This document shows positions 40,712 through 51,614 of a DNA stretch of 64,000 nt, piece by piece. The notes under the pieces were generated by a model that worked only from the letters and a program-made list of their open reading frames with translations, had not been told where the DNA came from and ran no database searches. Where the stretch lies: positions 96,001 to 160,000 of the forward strand of contig CAVYYZ010000024.1 in assembly GCA_963772835.1 (NCBI GenBank). Direction: 5' to 3'. Origin of the DNA: an uncultured delta proteobacterium. GTDB taxonomy: Bacteria; Desulfobacterota; Desulfuromonadia; Geobacterales; Pseudopelobacteraceae. The position numbers and the translations under genes are program-made. Position 1 is the stretch's first letter. Each line of letters begins with the position of its first letter.

Positions 40712-41578
40712 ATGAAGATAATCAACAGCATTATACATATGCAGGCGCTTGCAATCGCTCCCGAGCGTGAAGGGAGGAGAATTGCTTTTGTTCCCACCAT
40801 GGGGTATCTGCATGAGGGACATGCTTCTTTGCTGCGGGAAGGACGAAAACGGGGAGACGTGCTGGTGCTCTCAATTTTTGTCAACCCGATTCAGTTCGGA
40901 AAAAACGAAGACCTGGACCGTTATCCACGTGATCTGGAGCGTGACTGTCAGCTCGCCGAAGCATGCGGTGTTGACATCGTTTTCATCCCGACTGCTGCTG
41001 AGATGTATCCGAGCGGTTTTCAGACCGGGGTCACCGTGCGGGATATTGCCCTGCCGCTCTGCGGTTCCAGTCGTCCGGGACATTTTGACGGAGTGGCAAC
41101 GGTCGTAGCCAAGCTGTTCAATATTGTCCGTCCAGACGTGGCGCTCTTCGGCAACAAGGACTATCAACAGCTGGCAGTTATTCGCCGTATGGCAGGCGAC
41201 TTGAACATGCCGGTTGAGATAGTGGGAATGCCGATTGTGCGTGAGGAGGACGGACTGGCGATGAGTTCACGCAATGCCTATCTGTCGCCGCTCGAGCGAC
41301 AGAGTGCGCTTTGTCTGTATCGTGCCATCAAGAGGGCCCGCGAATTATTTACCGCCGGTGAGTGCTCGGTTGCGGTTCTGTCTAAAGAAGTGTGTACTGT
41401 TATTGAGCAGGAATCTGCAGCTTCCATTGAATACGCTGAATTCCGCGACGGCGCTATGTTACAGGAGCTGGAGGTTGCCGACAGCGGAACTCTGCTGGCT
41501 CTGGCAGTAAAAATCGGAAATACCAGACTGATTGACAATACCGTGCTTGGAGAGGAGCTGCAGCCATGCAGTGCATAG
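40712..41578 (+). CDS. panC: Pantoate--beta-alanine ligase
   Basis: [35 protein letters not shown]. Confidence 0.98.
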   Translation: MKIINSIIHMQALAIAPEREGRRIAFVPTMGYLHEGHASLLREGRKRGDVLVLSIFVNPIQFGKNEDLDRYPRDLERDCQLAEACGVDIVFIPTAAEMYPSGFQTGVTVRDIALPLCGSSRPGHFDGVATVVAKLFNIVRPDVALFGNKDYQQLAVIRRMAGDLNMPVEIVGMPIVREEDGLAMSSRNAYLSPLERQSALCLYRAIKRARELFTAGECSVAVLSKEVCTVIEQESAASIEYAEFRDGAMLQELEVADSGTLLALAVKIGNTRLIDNTVLGEELQPCSA

Positions 41579-41745
41579 TAAACCGGCCGTGAAACTGTTG
41601 CCGGCGCGGAGCCGGGTTTTGTTGATGCACTGAACTTCATTCCGCATACCCGCCCGGAAGAAGCCGGCCAGGTACACGTATTTGATCGGCCGTTACGTAA
41701 GTCTACAGGCCGGAGCATGTAAACCGCTCGCCGGTACTACTGCGT

Positions 41746-43638
41746 TTACGATAGTATCCACACTACATAGCCAAGCATGACAGCAGTCCCGCCCGCGAGA
41801 GCGAACAGTGACGTTGCAACTCTTCCGGTGCTCCATCCGGCGGGCATTCCCCCCACCCGTATCGTGAAGCGTGCCAGTCCGTCCAAAGAACCGTCAATGA
41901 CGGACCCGTCTATACTTTTCCATAAAAAGCGGCTTGCAGAGACAAACGGCCGGATGAAGAGCTGCCGGTAAAGATCGTCCAGATACCAACCGTTAAGAAG
42001 GAACCCGGTAATCGGTATTCCTGCCTCTTCACGACTCAATGAAGCCGCCCGGCGCTGTCCGGTGTAGCGCGACCAGGCCAGGCCTGTCCCGAGCAGGCTT
42101 GCCGTGGCAGCAATAATTTGCAGAGAGATCTCGGTTGCTGAAGAGGCATGTTCCAAAGCCGCAAACCCGGGGATTGAACCGAGGAATACGGTCAGCATGC
42201 CGTGACTGCCGAAGTATTCGGGAAGATTCAGAAAGCCGCTCAACAGCCCGATGCCGGCCAGCGGGATAAGGGTGAGAGTCATGATCGGTTCGACTCTGAC
42301 CAGCGGCTGTTCTTCTCCACTATCCTCCCCGTGAAACACTACGAAGAACATGCGAAATGTATAAAAGGCCGTCAGAAGTGCTGTCAGGAGTCCCAGAGCG
42401 AACAGGGTGCCGTAAAGCATGCCGCCCTTTTCAAAGACAGCCGCCAGAATGGCGTCCTTACTGAAGAAGCCGCCACTTCCCGGAAAACCGGCCAGACAGA
42501 GCGACCCCGCCAGGAACGGCCAGTAAATCGCCGGAAGTTTTGATTTCAATCCACCCATGCGGAAGATGTTCTGCTGATGATGCAGTGCGGTTATCACGCA
42601 CCCTGCGCCGAGAAACAGCAGCGCTTTGAAAAAAGCGTGAGTCAGCAGGTGGAAAGAACCGGCGGTCAGGGCTCCCGCACCGACTCCCAAGATCATATAG
42701 CCGATCTGACTGATGGTTGAATAGGCCAGAATTCGCTTCAGGTCACGTTGCACGCAGGCACAGGTTGCTGCATAGAAAGCGGTACCAGCTCCGACAACCG
42801 CTATGGCTGTCAGTGTCACTGTCGAAGAACCGATAAGCGGGAACATGCGTGCCAGCAGGTAGACCCCCGCGGTTACCATCGTTGCGGCGTGAATCTGGGC
42901 GGAAACCGGAGTGGGACCGGCCATGGCATCCGGGAGCCAGACTGAAAGAGGCAGTTGGGCCGACTTCCCGGCCGCGCCGACCACCAACAGAATTCCCAGT
43001 GCGGTGATCACCCCGGACGGCATCAGGAAGCCCATGCCGTTAAGCTCAGTGATGGAAACCGTACCGAAGAGCCGGTACATCCAGACCATGGCGATGCCGA
43101 GAGCTGTATCGCCAATGCGGGTGACGATAAATGCTTTGCGTCCCGCAGTAGCGTTCTTCTCCTCCGTGTACCAGAAGCCGATCAGGGCATAGGAACAGAA
43201 GCCGACCCCTTCCCACCCCAGATAGAGCAGCGGCAGGTTCTCGGCCAGAATCAGAGTCAGCATGGCGAACACGAAGATGTTGAGCAGGGCAAAATAGCGG
43301 GCGGGAGACCGGTCCCCCTTCATATAACCGACCGAATAGAGATGGATCAGGCCGCAGACAAAGGTGATCATCAGCGTAAGGCTGAGAGAAAACTGATCCA
43401 GGTAGAGGGTCAAAGGGGCTTTGAAATCAAAGTCGGAGAGCCAGGAGACATATTCAATCTTTAGAGGTCCGCTGAACTGCACGAATGCAAGGACGGCACA
43501 GACAAAGGAACCCCAGATAGCTCCACAGGCAACTGTTTCACACAGACGGCGCGGTACGATGCGGCCGAACAGGGCGTTGAACAGGCCGCCTGAGAGCGGC
43601 AGAAGAAGTATCAAGGCGAGGGAGAGTTTCACTGTCAC
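41746..43638 (-). CDS. nuoL: NADH-quinone oxidoreductase subunit L
   Basis: GWEGVG, KAFIVTRIGD, GKSAQLP, WLPDAMAGPTPVSA, HAFFKALLFL. Confidence 0.95.
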   Translation of the reverse strand: MTVKLSLALILLLPLSGGLFNALFGRIVPRRLCETVACGAIWGSFVCAVLAFVQFSGPLKIEYVSWLSDFDFKAPLTLYLDQFSLSLTLMITFVCGLIHLYSVGYMKGDRSPARYFALLNIFVFAMLTLILAENLPLLYLGWEGVGFCSYALIGFWYTEEKNATAGRKAFIVTRIGDTALGIAMVWMYRLFGTVSITELNGMGFLMPSGVITALGILLVVGAAGKSAQLPLSVWLPDAMAGPTPVSAQIHAATMVTAGVYLLARMFPLIGSSTVTLTAIAVVGAGTAFYAATCACVQRDLKRILAYSTISQIGYMILGVGAGALTAGSFHLLTHAFFKALLFLGAGCVITALHHQQNIFRMGGLKSKLPAIYWPFLAGSLCLAGFPGSGGFFSKDAILAAVFEKGGMLYGTLFALGLLTALLTAFYTFRMFFVVFHGEDSGEEQPLVRVEPIMTLTLIPLAGIGLLSGFLNLPEYFGSHGMLTVFLGSIPGFAALEHASSATEISLQIIAATASLLGTGLAWSRYTGQRRAASLSREEAGIPITGFLLNGWYLDDLYRQLFIRPFVSASRFLWKSIDGSVIDGSLDGLARFTIRVGGMPAGWSTGRVATSLFALAGGTAVMLGYVVWILS

Positions 43639-43943
43639 CCCTTCATCTCGCAGAATAAGTCCGTATCAACCGTTTTCCGCTGCCGGTGCAGATAGACAAC
43701 CATTGCCAGCGCCAGCGAAACTTCGGCTGATGTCAGCGCCATGATGAAGATGGAGAAAAACTGCCCTTCCGCGTTTCCCCAACGGGCAGAGCCGGCCACG
43801 AAGACCAGCATGACGGCATTCAGCATGATCTCGATGCTGACGAGCATCATGATAATGTTGGTTCGCCAAGCCAGTAATCCACCCATGCCTATGAAGAACA
43901 GCAGACCGGCCAGAATGAGTATGTGCTCGAGAGGTACAATCAT
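43635..43943 (-). CDS. nuoK: NADH-quinone oxidoreductase subunit K
   Basis: SIEIMLNA, GQFF, AEVSLALA. Confidence 0.95.
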   Translation of the reverse strand: MIVPLEHILILAGLLFFIGMGGLLAWRTNIIMMLVSIEIMLNAVMLVFVAGSARWGNAEGQFFSIFIMALTSAEVSLALAMVVYLHRQRKTVDTDLFCEMKG

Positions 43944-44467
43944 TTGCCCTCACTTCCGCGGTCTCTCCCCGGGGGAGAAAGTGGCCGCTGCTTCCCCAGG
44001 TACAGGGCGCCAACCAAGGCAAACAGCAGCTGCAGTGAAACAAGTTCCACTGCCAGACCATGCTCCTGAAAGAGGCGGCGTGCGACGTCCCGAATCGGCA
44101 GGGCTGCAGGGGATACGGCCATTGTTTCATGACGTGAGGCGATCACCGTAACCAGTGAAGCGATGCTGACAGCCGACAGCAAAAGGGCCGGCAGCCATTC
44201 TCTCCAAACGGGAGCCATCCCTTTTTCCGGGTGCCCCAGATCAAGCATCATGATCACGAACAGAAACAGGACCATAATGGCACCGGCGTAGAGGATCACC
44301 TCAAAGGCCGCTACAAGGGGCGCCATGAGCAGGAAGAAAATTATCGCCATGCTGAACAGGGAGGTTACCAGATACAGAATGGCATGCACCGGGTGTTTTT
44401 CACTGATCGCCAGAATAGTGCCGATAACTGCTGTAGTGGCCAGTATGTAGAAGATCGTTTGTTCCAT
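43940..44467 (-). CDS. nuoJ: NADH-quinone oxidoreductase subunit J
   Basis: YAGAIMVLFLFVIMML. Confidence 0.95.
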   Translation of the reverse strand: MEQTIFYILATTAVIGTILAISEKHPVHAILYLVTSLFSMAIIFFLLMAPLVAAFEVILYAGAIMVLFLFVIMMLDLGHPEKGMAPVWREWLPALLLSAVSIASLVTVIASRHETMAVSPAALPIRDVARRLFQEHGLAVELVSLQLLFALVGALYLGKQRPLSPPGRDRGSEGK

Positions 44468-44632
44468 AAATCCTATTTCAGCAGAGCCGGAAGCAAACTA
44501 TCTGGTTCCACTCAACAATACAACGCGCGACGATTGAGAGTCATGAATCAGAAATGTGTGTAAAAGCATTTCTTCAAATAGTAGCACCTGTTTTTGGTGC
44601 GTCATCGCCAGAGAACAGCTCCGTTTTCTGTG

Positions 44633-45163
44633 TTACGGCAGTAACGACCGGACATCCACCGGCTTTGATTCCTCCGATCCCGCCCCGCGCGCCTGAGTCA
44701 CACCAATCCCCGAGTGATGATAGAAATTGTAGGCCGCATCTTTGCCGCAGCCATCAATCAACAGATCCTCCTTCTCGTAGACCAGATCCATGATGTCCCG
44801 TGTACATATTTCATAATCCGGCGTCATCTGGATTGCCAGAGTCGGGCAGGCTTCAGCACAGAGGCCGCAGAAGATGCATCGCGAAAAATTGATCCGGAAC
44901 CAGGCTGCATAGCGGCGTCCATCGTTCCGTTCGGCCGATTGCATCGAAATGCAGTCAACAGGACAGGCGGCAGAACAAAGGTAACAGGCGACGCAGCGCT
45001 CGCCTCCATCAGGGTCGCGAGTCAGAACGATGCGTGCACGGAATCGAGGGTAGGGAACGCGTTTCTCTTCCGGATACTGGATCGTTACCGGCCTGCGAAA
45101 CATATGGGAGAGCGTAACGCGGAACCCGCTCAGAATAGCAATTGTGTCGGCAACAAAGCTCAT
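44633..45163 (-). CDS. nuoI: NADH-quinone oxidoreductase subunit I
   Basis: TIQYPEE, two CxxCxxCxxxCP motifs. Confidence 0.96.
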   Translation of the reverse strand: MSFVADTIAILSGFRVTLSHMFRRPVTIQYPEEKRVPYPRFRARIVLTRDPDGGERCVACYLCSAACPVDCISMQSAERNDGRRYAAWFRINFSRCIFCGLCAEACPTLAIQMTPDYEICTRDIMDLVYEKEDLLIDGCGKDAAYNFYHHSGIGVTQARGAGSEESKPVDVRSLLP

Positions 45164-45173
45164 TTGTATCTGA

Positions 45174-45270
45174 ATGGAACGCGGAGAACAGGAGTAATGC
45201 CGGTCTGCCGGGTGATTTGAACGTTAATCAGTATCCGAGCAAATCTGCATTACCGCGTCATTCGCGTCCT
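45174..45270. repeat. Imperfect intergenic palindrome
   Basis: GGAACGCG..GTAATGC pairs with GCATTAC..CGCGTCC. Confidence 0.45.
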
Positions 45271-45292
45271 ATAACCCCTCTGGTATGGTTTT

Positions 45293-45715
45293 TCAGGCAT
45301 TACCCGTCTTCGCCCGTTCAGCCTTTTTCAGCAGTGCGGATGCCAGTGGGTGACTGTTATTCTCGGCATACAGGGTGGCAGTATTGCCGGCCGGAGTCTT
45401 AATTGCAGGATTTGCCCCGCCATCAAGCAGTGCCTGCACTGTCTGGTTACACCCGTAAATGGCTGCCATCATCAGCGGAGTATGCCCTTCACGGTCACGA
45501 GTGTCGACATCAGCCCCTTTCTCAATCAGCATTTTTACAATCTCGGTATGTCCGTTAGCGGCTGCATAGTGAAGAGCGGTTTTGCCTTTATCGCTGCAGG
45601 CGGTGATGTCAGCACCACGATGCAGCAGATCCTGAATAAAATCCTTGAGCCCCTCTTTGGAAGCACTGATCAGCGGGGTGTGGCCATGACGGTCTTTTGC
45701 ATTCACGCTTTCCAT
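45293..45715 (-). CDS. Ankyrin-repeat protein
   Basis: GHTPLISA, GKTALHYAA, GHTPLMMAA, GNTATLYA repeats. Confidence 0.95.
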   Translation of the reverse strand: MESVNAKDRHGHTPLISASKEGLKDFIQDLLHRGADITACSDKGKTALHYAAANGHTEIVKMLIEKGADVDTRDREGHTPLMMAAIYGCNQTVQALLDGGANPAIKTPAGNTATLYAENNSHPLASALLKKAERAKTGNA

Positions 45716-45767
45716 GTTTGAATCCTCCCGTTAGGTACAAGATCGGGCAGCAGGTGCCCGTAGAGTA

Positions 45768-46757
45768 TTACTTCAGCGCGAGCCACCATCCGCTTATCAG
45801 TATGTTCACCAATGCCAGCGGCGTTAGCACCTTCCATCCCAGGTGCATCAGCTGGTCATAACGCAGTCGTGGCAGTGTTCCGCGCATCCAGATAAAAAAG
45901 AATGCCACAGCAAGGGTCTTCAGCGAAAACCAGACAACGGGAGGGAGCAGAGGGCCGTGCCACCCCCCCAGAAAAAAAGTTGTCGCCAGTCCTCCCAGTA
46001 CGATGATGTTAATGTACTCGCCGACAAAAAACAAGCCGAAGCGCATTCCGGAATATTCGGTGTGGAAGCCGGCCACCAGTTCCCCTTCTGCTTCCGGCAG
46101 GTCAAACGGGATACGTTTGCATTCGGCCGTAATACTCAACAGGAAAATGATAAACGCCAGAGGCTGGTAGATAATGAACGGCACTGTTTTCTGAGCAGCA
46201 ACTATATCGGTCAGGTTAAATGAGTGGGAAAGCATAACGATCGGAACCAGGGAAAGTCCCATCGACAGCTCGTAAGAAATCAACTGCGCCAGACCTCGGA
46301 TGCCTCCCAGCAGTGAATATTTTGAGTTGGAAGCCCAGCCGCCGATCGCCACACCGTAGACAGCAATCGAAGAGAGGGCCAGAAAGAAGAGCAGGCCCAC
46401 ATTCAGATCGGAAATTACCAGCGGCAGATGACGACCGGATATCTGTAGCGGTGCACCGAAAGGGATTACAGAAAAGATTAAAATGGCGGGGATGGCGGCC
46501 ATGGCCGGCGCCAGGTAAAACAGCCAGCGATCCGCACCGGCGGGGACAACGTCTTCTTTGGTAAGAAGTTTGATCAGATCCGCCAGCGGTTGCAGAAGGC
46601 CAAAGGGTCCGACGCGGTTCGGCCCTTTGCGGTCCTGAACCCAGGCCAGAATTTTCCTCTCAGCAAACACCAGATATGCGGCCAGGGTAAGGATGACGAA
46701 GAATACCAGTGCCAGTTTCACGGCGAATAGCGTTATGTCCAGTGAAAATGCTGTCAT
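45768..46757 (-). CDS. nuoH: NADH-quinone oxidoreductase subunit H
   Basis: [42 protein letters not shown]. Confidence 0.97.
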   Translation of the reverse strand: MTAFSLDITLFAVKLALVFFVILTLAAYLVFAERKILAWVQDRKGPNRVGPFGLLQPLADLIKLLTKEDVVPAGADRWLFYLAPAMAAIPAILIFSVIPFGAPLQISGRHLPLVISDLNVGLLFFLALSSIAVYGVAIGGWASNSKYSLLGGIRGLAQLISYELSMGLSLVPIVMLSHSFNLTDIVAAQKTVPFIIYQPLAFIIFLLSITAECKRIPFDLPEAEGELVAGFHTEYSGMRFGLFFVGEYINIIVLGGLATTFFLGGWHGPLLPPVVWFSLKTLAVAFFFIWMRGTLPRLRYDQLMHLGWKVLTPLALVNILISGWWLALK

Positions 46758-46949
46758 GAGAACCCGCCGGGGACAGGTAAGAGAAAGAAGCAAACCACAA
46801 GATAATAACAGCGTTTTTCATATACCATACATTCACGATTAACGCTATGTACTAATTGATATTACGTACAAAAATGAAGCATTAAAATTAAGCGCTTGAA
46901 TCTGACCGGCGTGGAATACTATAATGCCGGCTCCAAGGAGAACGCTACA

Positions 46950-47576
46950 ATGAACGTATTTCAGGCTGATTTCATAAAAAGTGCCGCAAAACCGAAAGAT
47001 TATCCGCCGCCCGGGTTACCGGAGGTAGCCTTTGTCGGGCGCTCCAACGTCGGGAAATCTTCGTTAATCAACGTTCTGTCCGGGCGTAAGGGGTTGGTGC
47101 GAACCAGTTCAACCCCCGGCCGGACGCAGCTGATCAATTTTTTTGACATCAACAGCATTCTGACTCTGGTAGACCTTCCCGGCTACGGTTACGCCAAAGC
47201 CCCGCCTGCTCTGCGTAAACAGTGGGGGCCGATGATAGAGGCATATCTTGCTTCCCGCGAATCTCTGAAGGCGGTTGTTCTGATTCTCGATATACGTCGC
47301 GAACCGTCCGACGGTGATCTGCAGATGCTTCGCTGGCTTGAAATGTACAATATTCCGCCGATTCTCGTGGTGACGAAGTGTGACAAACTGTCGAAAAACG
47401 AACAGGCCAGGCAGAAGTCGATTATCGCCGCAGCAATCAAGCGTGACAAGGGGATGCTGCTTCCCTTTTCGGCCCTCTCCAAAGAAGGACGAGACGGTAT
47501 CTGGAATGAGATAGGAAGAGTGCTGGAGATTCAACTGAAACCGGATGGTCCGGCTCCGCAGGGCGGACTCCCATGA
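46950..47576 (+). CDS. engB: Ribosome biogenesis GTPase YihA/YsxC
   Basis: [26 protein letters not shown]. Confidence 0.96.
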   Translation: MNVFQADFIKSAAKPKDYPPPGLPEVAFVGRSNVGKSSLINVLSGRKGLVRTSSTPGRTQLINFFDINSILTLVDLPGYGYAKAPPALRKQWGPMIEAYLASRESLKAVVLILDIRREPSDGDLQMLRWLEMYNIPPILVVTKCDKLSKNEQARQKSIIAAAIKRDKGMLLPFSALSKEGRDGIWNEIGRVLEIQLKPDGPAPQGGLP

Positions 47577-48379
47577 AAAAAACAGACTCAAAAACGGCCG
47601 CATCCCCTATGCCGGACATGCAGAAACGTCCGGACAGCCGCCGCATCCCTATTGCCAAAGTCGGAGTCAAGGATATCACCTATCCGATTGTGGTGATGGA
47701 CAAGAATAGAACCCTGCAGCACACTGTGGCGAAGATCAATATGTATGTCGATCTCCCGCACCAGTTTAAGGGTACCCACATGAGCCGTTTTATTGAAATT
47801 CTCAACAAGTACCGCGAGCAGATCGCCCTTGACAAACTTGAGACGATTCTTGAAGAGATGAAAACAAAGCTCGGTTCCGAGAGTGCACATCTGGAAATCC
47901 AGTTTCCCTACTTTATCGACAAGGCCGCCCCTGTTTCAGGTGCCAAAAGCCTGATGGAGTACACCTGCGAATTCAGCGCTTCCATGACGGACTCTCTTGA
48001 TTTTGTGCTCGGGATCAAGGTGCCACTGACCTCTCTCTGTCCCTGCAGCCGCGAGCTATCCCGATTCGGAGCACACAATCAGCGAAGCGTCATGACCGTT
48101 CGGGTGCGCTACCGGGATTTCATCTGGATTGAGGATCTGGTGGAGCTGATTGAACAGTGCGGCTCAAGTCCGCTTTATTCGCTGCTCAAACGTGCAGACG
48201 AAAAGTTCGTCACCGAGCAGGCCTATGAAAATCCGCGTTTCGTCGAGGATATGGTGCGTGAGGCCCATTCCCGTCTGACAGCACTGGACAACATCACCTG
48301 GTTTTCGGTCGAAGCGGAGAATTTCGAATCAATACACAACCATTCGGCCTACGCCGCCGTGGAGCTGGATCGGCGATGA
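47573..48379 (+). CDS. folE2: GTP cyclohydrolase IB
   Basis: [26 protein letters not shown]. Confidence 0.96.
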   Translation: MKKTDSKTAASPMPDMQKRPDSRRIPIAKVGVKDITYPIVVMDKNRTLQHTVAKINMYVDLPHQFKGTHMSRFIEILNKYREQIALDKLETILEEMKTKLGSESAHLEIQFPYFIDKAAPVSGAKSLMEYTCEFSASMTDSLDFVLGIKVPLTSLCPCSRELSRFGAHNQRSVMTVRVRYRDFIWIEDLVELIEQCGSSPLYSLLKRADEKFVTEQAYENPRFVEDMVREAHSRLTALDNITWFSVEAENFESIHNHSAYAAVELDRR

Positions 48380-49008
48380 GCAACGGCCTTATCATCTTCG
48401 CCCGTGACCCCCTGCCGGGCCGGGTTAAAACCCGCCTCGCCGCATCGGTCGGTGACCGGGCCGCCGCAGATATTTATAAAGAGATGCTGCAGGAGGTACT
48501 GAAAACGGTACGGCAGCTGTCCAGCGTCGAAACCGTTGTTTATTGGGCGGCCGCAGAAGAATCACTCCCTTTTTTGGCAGAACGGTACCGGTTGCCCTCA
48601 CGCCGCCAGAGCCAGGGGGATTTGGGACAGCGTATGTTGGCGGCATTTGGGGAGATGTTTGCCGGAGGCTGCCGGCTCTGTTGTATTATCGGAAGCGATG
48701 CCCCCGACCTGCCTCAATCATACATTCAGGACGCATATCACATGCTGGCGGAACAACGGACTGATGTCGTGCTTGGACCGAGCAGGGATGGCGGGTATTA
48801 CCTTCTTGGGATGAGGAAGGTATGGCCGCAGATCTTTGCGGACATTCCCTGGAGCAGCGCCGAAGTGCTTCCACAGACTCTCGCAGCGGCCCGTGACTCG
48901 GGGCTGACTGCCGCGCTGCTGCCGGAATGGCAGGATATCGATACAGTTGAGGACCTACGGGAATTTCAGGAACGAAACAGGCTGAAGCTGTCATTGGAGA
49001 CCGGATGA
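48376..49008 (+). CDS. TIGR04282/DUF2064 family transferase
   Basis: PGRVKTRLA, GDLGQRM, IIGSDAP, GPSRDGGYYLLG, DIDTVED. Confidence 0.9.
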   Translation: MSNGLIIFARDPLPGRVKTRLAASVGDRAAADIYKEMLQEVLKTVRQLSSVETVVYWAAAEESLPFLAERYRLPSRRQSQGDLGQRMLAAFGEMFAGGCRLCCIIGSDAPDLPQSYIQDAYHMLAEQRTDVVLGPSRDGGYYLLGMRKVWPQIFADIPWSSAEVLPQTLAAARDSGLTAALLPEWQDIDTVEDLREFQERNRLKLSLETG

Positions 49009-49769
49009 AACCAATTATTGTCATTGCAGCCGTGCTTCAGGAAATTGAACTGCTGGAAAGGTCGCTTGAACATTCCGGCAGGATAAAAACCGGTGGTTTT
49101 GAGTATGCCGAAGGCACTATTGGCGGTCTGCGGGTTGTGGTATGCGCTGCGGGAGTCGGTAAAATAAATGCGGCCGCAGCAACCGCTGTCATGATCGAGC
49201 GCCATCAGCCGCAACTGGTTATTAATACCGGCTGTGCCGGGGCGTACTTCGGCAGCGGACTGGTCATCGGAAATCTTGTCGTTGCAAGCGAGGAGGTTCT
49301 TGCAGATGATGGTGTGATTGTCTCGGATGGCTGGAAAGATCTCCGCTATATGAATATTCCCTCCCTGGAGCAGGGGGGATTGATTTGTTATAATATGCTG
49401 CCGGTTTCCCGGCACCCTTCGGAAAAGGCCATGCAGTTGGCGGATTATTATGGTGTACCCCTTCTGAGGGGGCGCTTTGCGACAGTTTCAACATGCAGCG
49501 GCACTTCCCGGTATGGTGCCGAGCTTTCTCACCGCTGGAACGCTCTGGTTGAAAGCATGGAGGGTGCAGCGGTGGTACAGGTCTGCCTGCGCTGCGGAGT
49601 AGACTGCCTTGAAATTCGTGGAATCAGTAACCAGGTGGAAGAACGTGATCTGAAAAAGTGGGACATACCCCGGGCTGTTGAAGCTGCCCAGCGGTTTGTG
49701 CTGAAATATCTTGAGGAAATGGACCGACCGGATGTAGCGCTGAGTCCGAAAGCTCTGCCGGAAATATAG
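49005..49769 (+). CDS. mqnB: Futalosine hydrolase (PNP/UDP family)
   Basis: GVGKINAA, TVSTCSGT, ESMEGAA, RGISNQVEERD..W. Confidence 0.85.
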   Translation: MKPIIVIAAVLQEIELLERSLEHSGRIKTGGFEYAEGTIGGLRVVVCAAGVGKINAAAATAVMIERHQPQLVINTGCAGAYFGSGLVIGNLVVASEEVLADDGVIVSDGWKDLRYMNIPSLEQGGLICYNMLPVSRHPSEKAMQLADYYGVPLLRGRFATVSTCSGTSRYGAELSHRWNALVESMEGAAVVQVCLRCGVDCLEIRGISNQVEERDLKKWDIPRAVEAAQRFVLKYLEEMDRPDVALSPKALPEI

Positions 49770-49772
49770 CGG

Positions 49773-50456
49773 TCAGCGTCCCCCGAAGATCGCCGTTCCG
49801 ATCCGCACCAAAGTGGCACCTTCCTGAATCGCCGCCTCAAAATCCCCCGACATTCCCATGGAGAGTTCCGCCATTTCAACTCCGGCAATCCTCTCTGCGG
49901 CGACTGCTTCAGACAGCGTGCGCAGACCGGCGAAGTATGGTCGCGCTGCATCAGGATCATCGAAAAAAGGGGGCATCGTCATCAACCCCCGCACGGCGAT
50001 GTTCGGAAGCAGGGCGCATTCCCGCACCAGTTGGATCGTCCCCTCCTCTGTTGTACCCGACTTGGCGGCTTCGCCGGAAATATTTACCTGAATAAGCACA
50101 TCGCAGACCTTTCCGAGCTTACCCCACTGCCGATCGATCTCCTGCGCCAGAGAAATGCGGTCGACAGAGTGGATCATCGCGACCTGACCGGCGATGTACT
50201 TGACCTTGTTGCTCTGCAGATGGCCGATGACGTGCCATTGCACAGCTTCATGCACTTCAGCCAGTTTCGGCACCAGTTCCTGTATGTAATTTTCCCCGAA
50301 AACGGTCTGACCTGCCAGGAAGGCTGCACTGATATCGGCGGCAGGACGGGTCTTAGAAACGGCAACCAGGCGGACGGATGAAGGATCGCGCCCGGCTTTC
50401 CCGGCAGCGTCACGGATGCGTTCATTGATCCGGGCAAGATTTGTAGTAATTGTCAT
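49773..50456 (-). CDS. yggS: PLP homeostasis protein (YggS/PLPBP)
   Basis: VAVSKT, FGENY, IGHLQSNK, GLMTM, LSMGMSGD, VRIGTAIFG. Confidence 0.97.
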   Translation of the reverse strand: MTITTNLARINERIRDAAGKAGRDPSSVRLVAVSKTRPAADISAAFLAGQTVFGENYIQELVPKLAEVHEAVQWHVIGHLQSNKVKYIAGQVAMIHSVDRISLAQEIDRQWGKLGKVCDVLIQVNISGEAAKSGTTEEGTIQLVRECALLPNIAVRGLMTMPPFFDDPDAARPYFAGLRTLSEAVAAERIAGVEMAELSMGMSGDFEAAIQEGATLVRIGTAIFGGR

Positions 50457-50600
50457 GAGATAATCCTTGCACCCACATCTTGTTTACAACAACCGGTAGG
50501 GTTTCATATGTTCTTTTTCTTTTGAAATAATGATCTTCCATAAGATCGGGTAATGGTAGCCACTGACCTGTTTGATTAGTCAAGTGGCATGATGGACTTT

Positions 50601-50930
50601 TTAAACAATCTCATAAACTAAAAGACTACAAACAAGTACCATCAGAACAAGACCGAAAATAAATAAGCTGTCTGCTAAACGTTCCACCCGATGCATCCTG
50701 CGAGTACCTCGCGTCCTGAGGGCGAAATATGCGAGTAGGCATGAGACAAGGAATAAGAAAGCGTCCATCGCGAGGAGATCATCTGCAAAGGTCGCGCCCC
50801 CGCGAATGGTAAGAACAACGCGAAGCAGCCCGATGACCGTAAGGCATACGCCCACCATGGCCGCCGATGCGGTAAAAATATGGATGGATACATCTTCTTC
50901 GAGCGTAACGTCACGATTTTTCTGAGTCAT
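50601..50930 (-). CDS. Small three-TM hypothetical protein
   Basis: 109-aa ORF with three hydrophobic helices, AT-rich flanks. Confidence 0.75.
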   Translation of the reverse strand: MTQKNRDVTLEEDVSIHIFTASAAMVGVCLTVIGLLRVVLTIRGGATFADDLLAMDAFLFLVSCLLAYFALRTRGTRRMHRVERLADSLFIFGLVLMVLVCSLLVYEIV

Positions 50931-51023
50931 ATATTATGTACCTGCTGCATTTTGGGGAGTGCCCTGTTTCCACACTTCCATGTGATGATTTAATGCATTA
51001 TTTGAGAGGTCTGCCGCCCGGGT

Positions 51024-51614
51024 TTAATCAACAGCCTGCATGTTCTGCAGCGCTTCATACAGTTCCGTCATCGGCAGCCCGATGACATTGGTATATGATC
51101 CGTTGATGGAGCGGACAAAATGAACCGCCCCCCCCTGGATCGCGTAGGCTCCGGCCTTGTCCATCGGACAGCCGGTTGCTATATACGCGGCGATTTCATG
51201 ATCTGCCAATTTCTTGAAGGTTACTTCCGTGCAGACACTGCGACTGGTATGGGTGCCGCAGAGCGCGTCCAAAACCGTGAACCCGGTGATGACTTCGTGA
51301 TCCCTTCCGGACAGACCGGTCAGCATTCGTACCGCATCGGCGGCATCGACCGGTTTTCCGAGGATAGCGCCATCCAGTACGACTATCGTGTCCGCGCCGA
51401 TGAAGAAGCGGCCATATGTCTTTGCAGCAACCGCAGCGGCCTTTTCATGTGAGAGGCGTGTGACATGGTCGGCGGGCAACTCTCCCGGCAGTACGTCTTC
51501 ACAAATATCAGCCGGTACGACACCGAACCGGATGCCGGCCAGTTCCATCAGTTCTGTGCGGCGGGGCGAAGCGGACGCCAGTACTATCGAACGGGTTTCA
51601 TTTTCCATCATCAT
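51024..51614 (-). CDS. maf: Maf-family nucleoside triphosphate pyrophosphatase (YhdE type)
   Basis: LASASPRR, GADT, GKP, DKAGAYAIQ, NVIGLP. Confidence 0.95.
   Translation of the reverse strand: MMMENETRSIVLASASPRRTELMELAGIRFGVVPADICEDVLPGELPADHVTRLSHEKAAAVAAKTYGRFFIGADTIVVLDGAILGKPVDAADAVRMLTGLSGRDHEVITGFTVLDALCGTHTSRSVCTEVTFKKLADHEIAAYIATGCPMDKAGAYAIQGGAVHFVRSINGSYTNVIGLPMTELYEALQNMQAVD

Noticed and set aside
41579..41745. Expected panD, or a nuoM remnant, between panC and nuoL
   Set aside because: No recognisable coding similarity in the 167-nt gap; absence here says nothing about the rest of the genome
44468..44632. GGCGATGA in the nuoI-nuoJ spacer as a fluoride riboswitch
   Set aside because: Complementary strand of the first stem and downstream consensus are missing; gene context does not fit
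45293..45715. Ankyrin gene inside nuo genes as a novelty on its own
   Set aside because: As I recall, the same arrangement exists in the second nuo cluster of G. sulfurreducens; only the truncation of the block is reported
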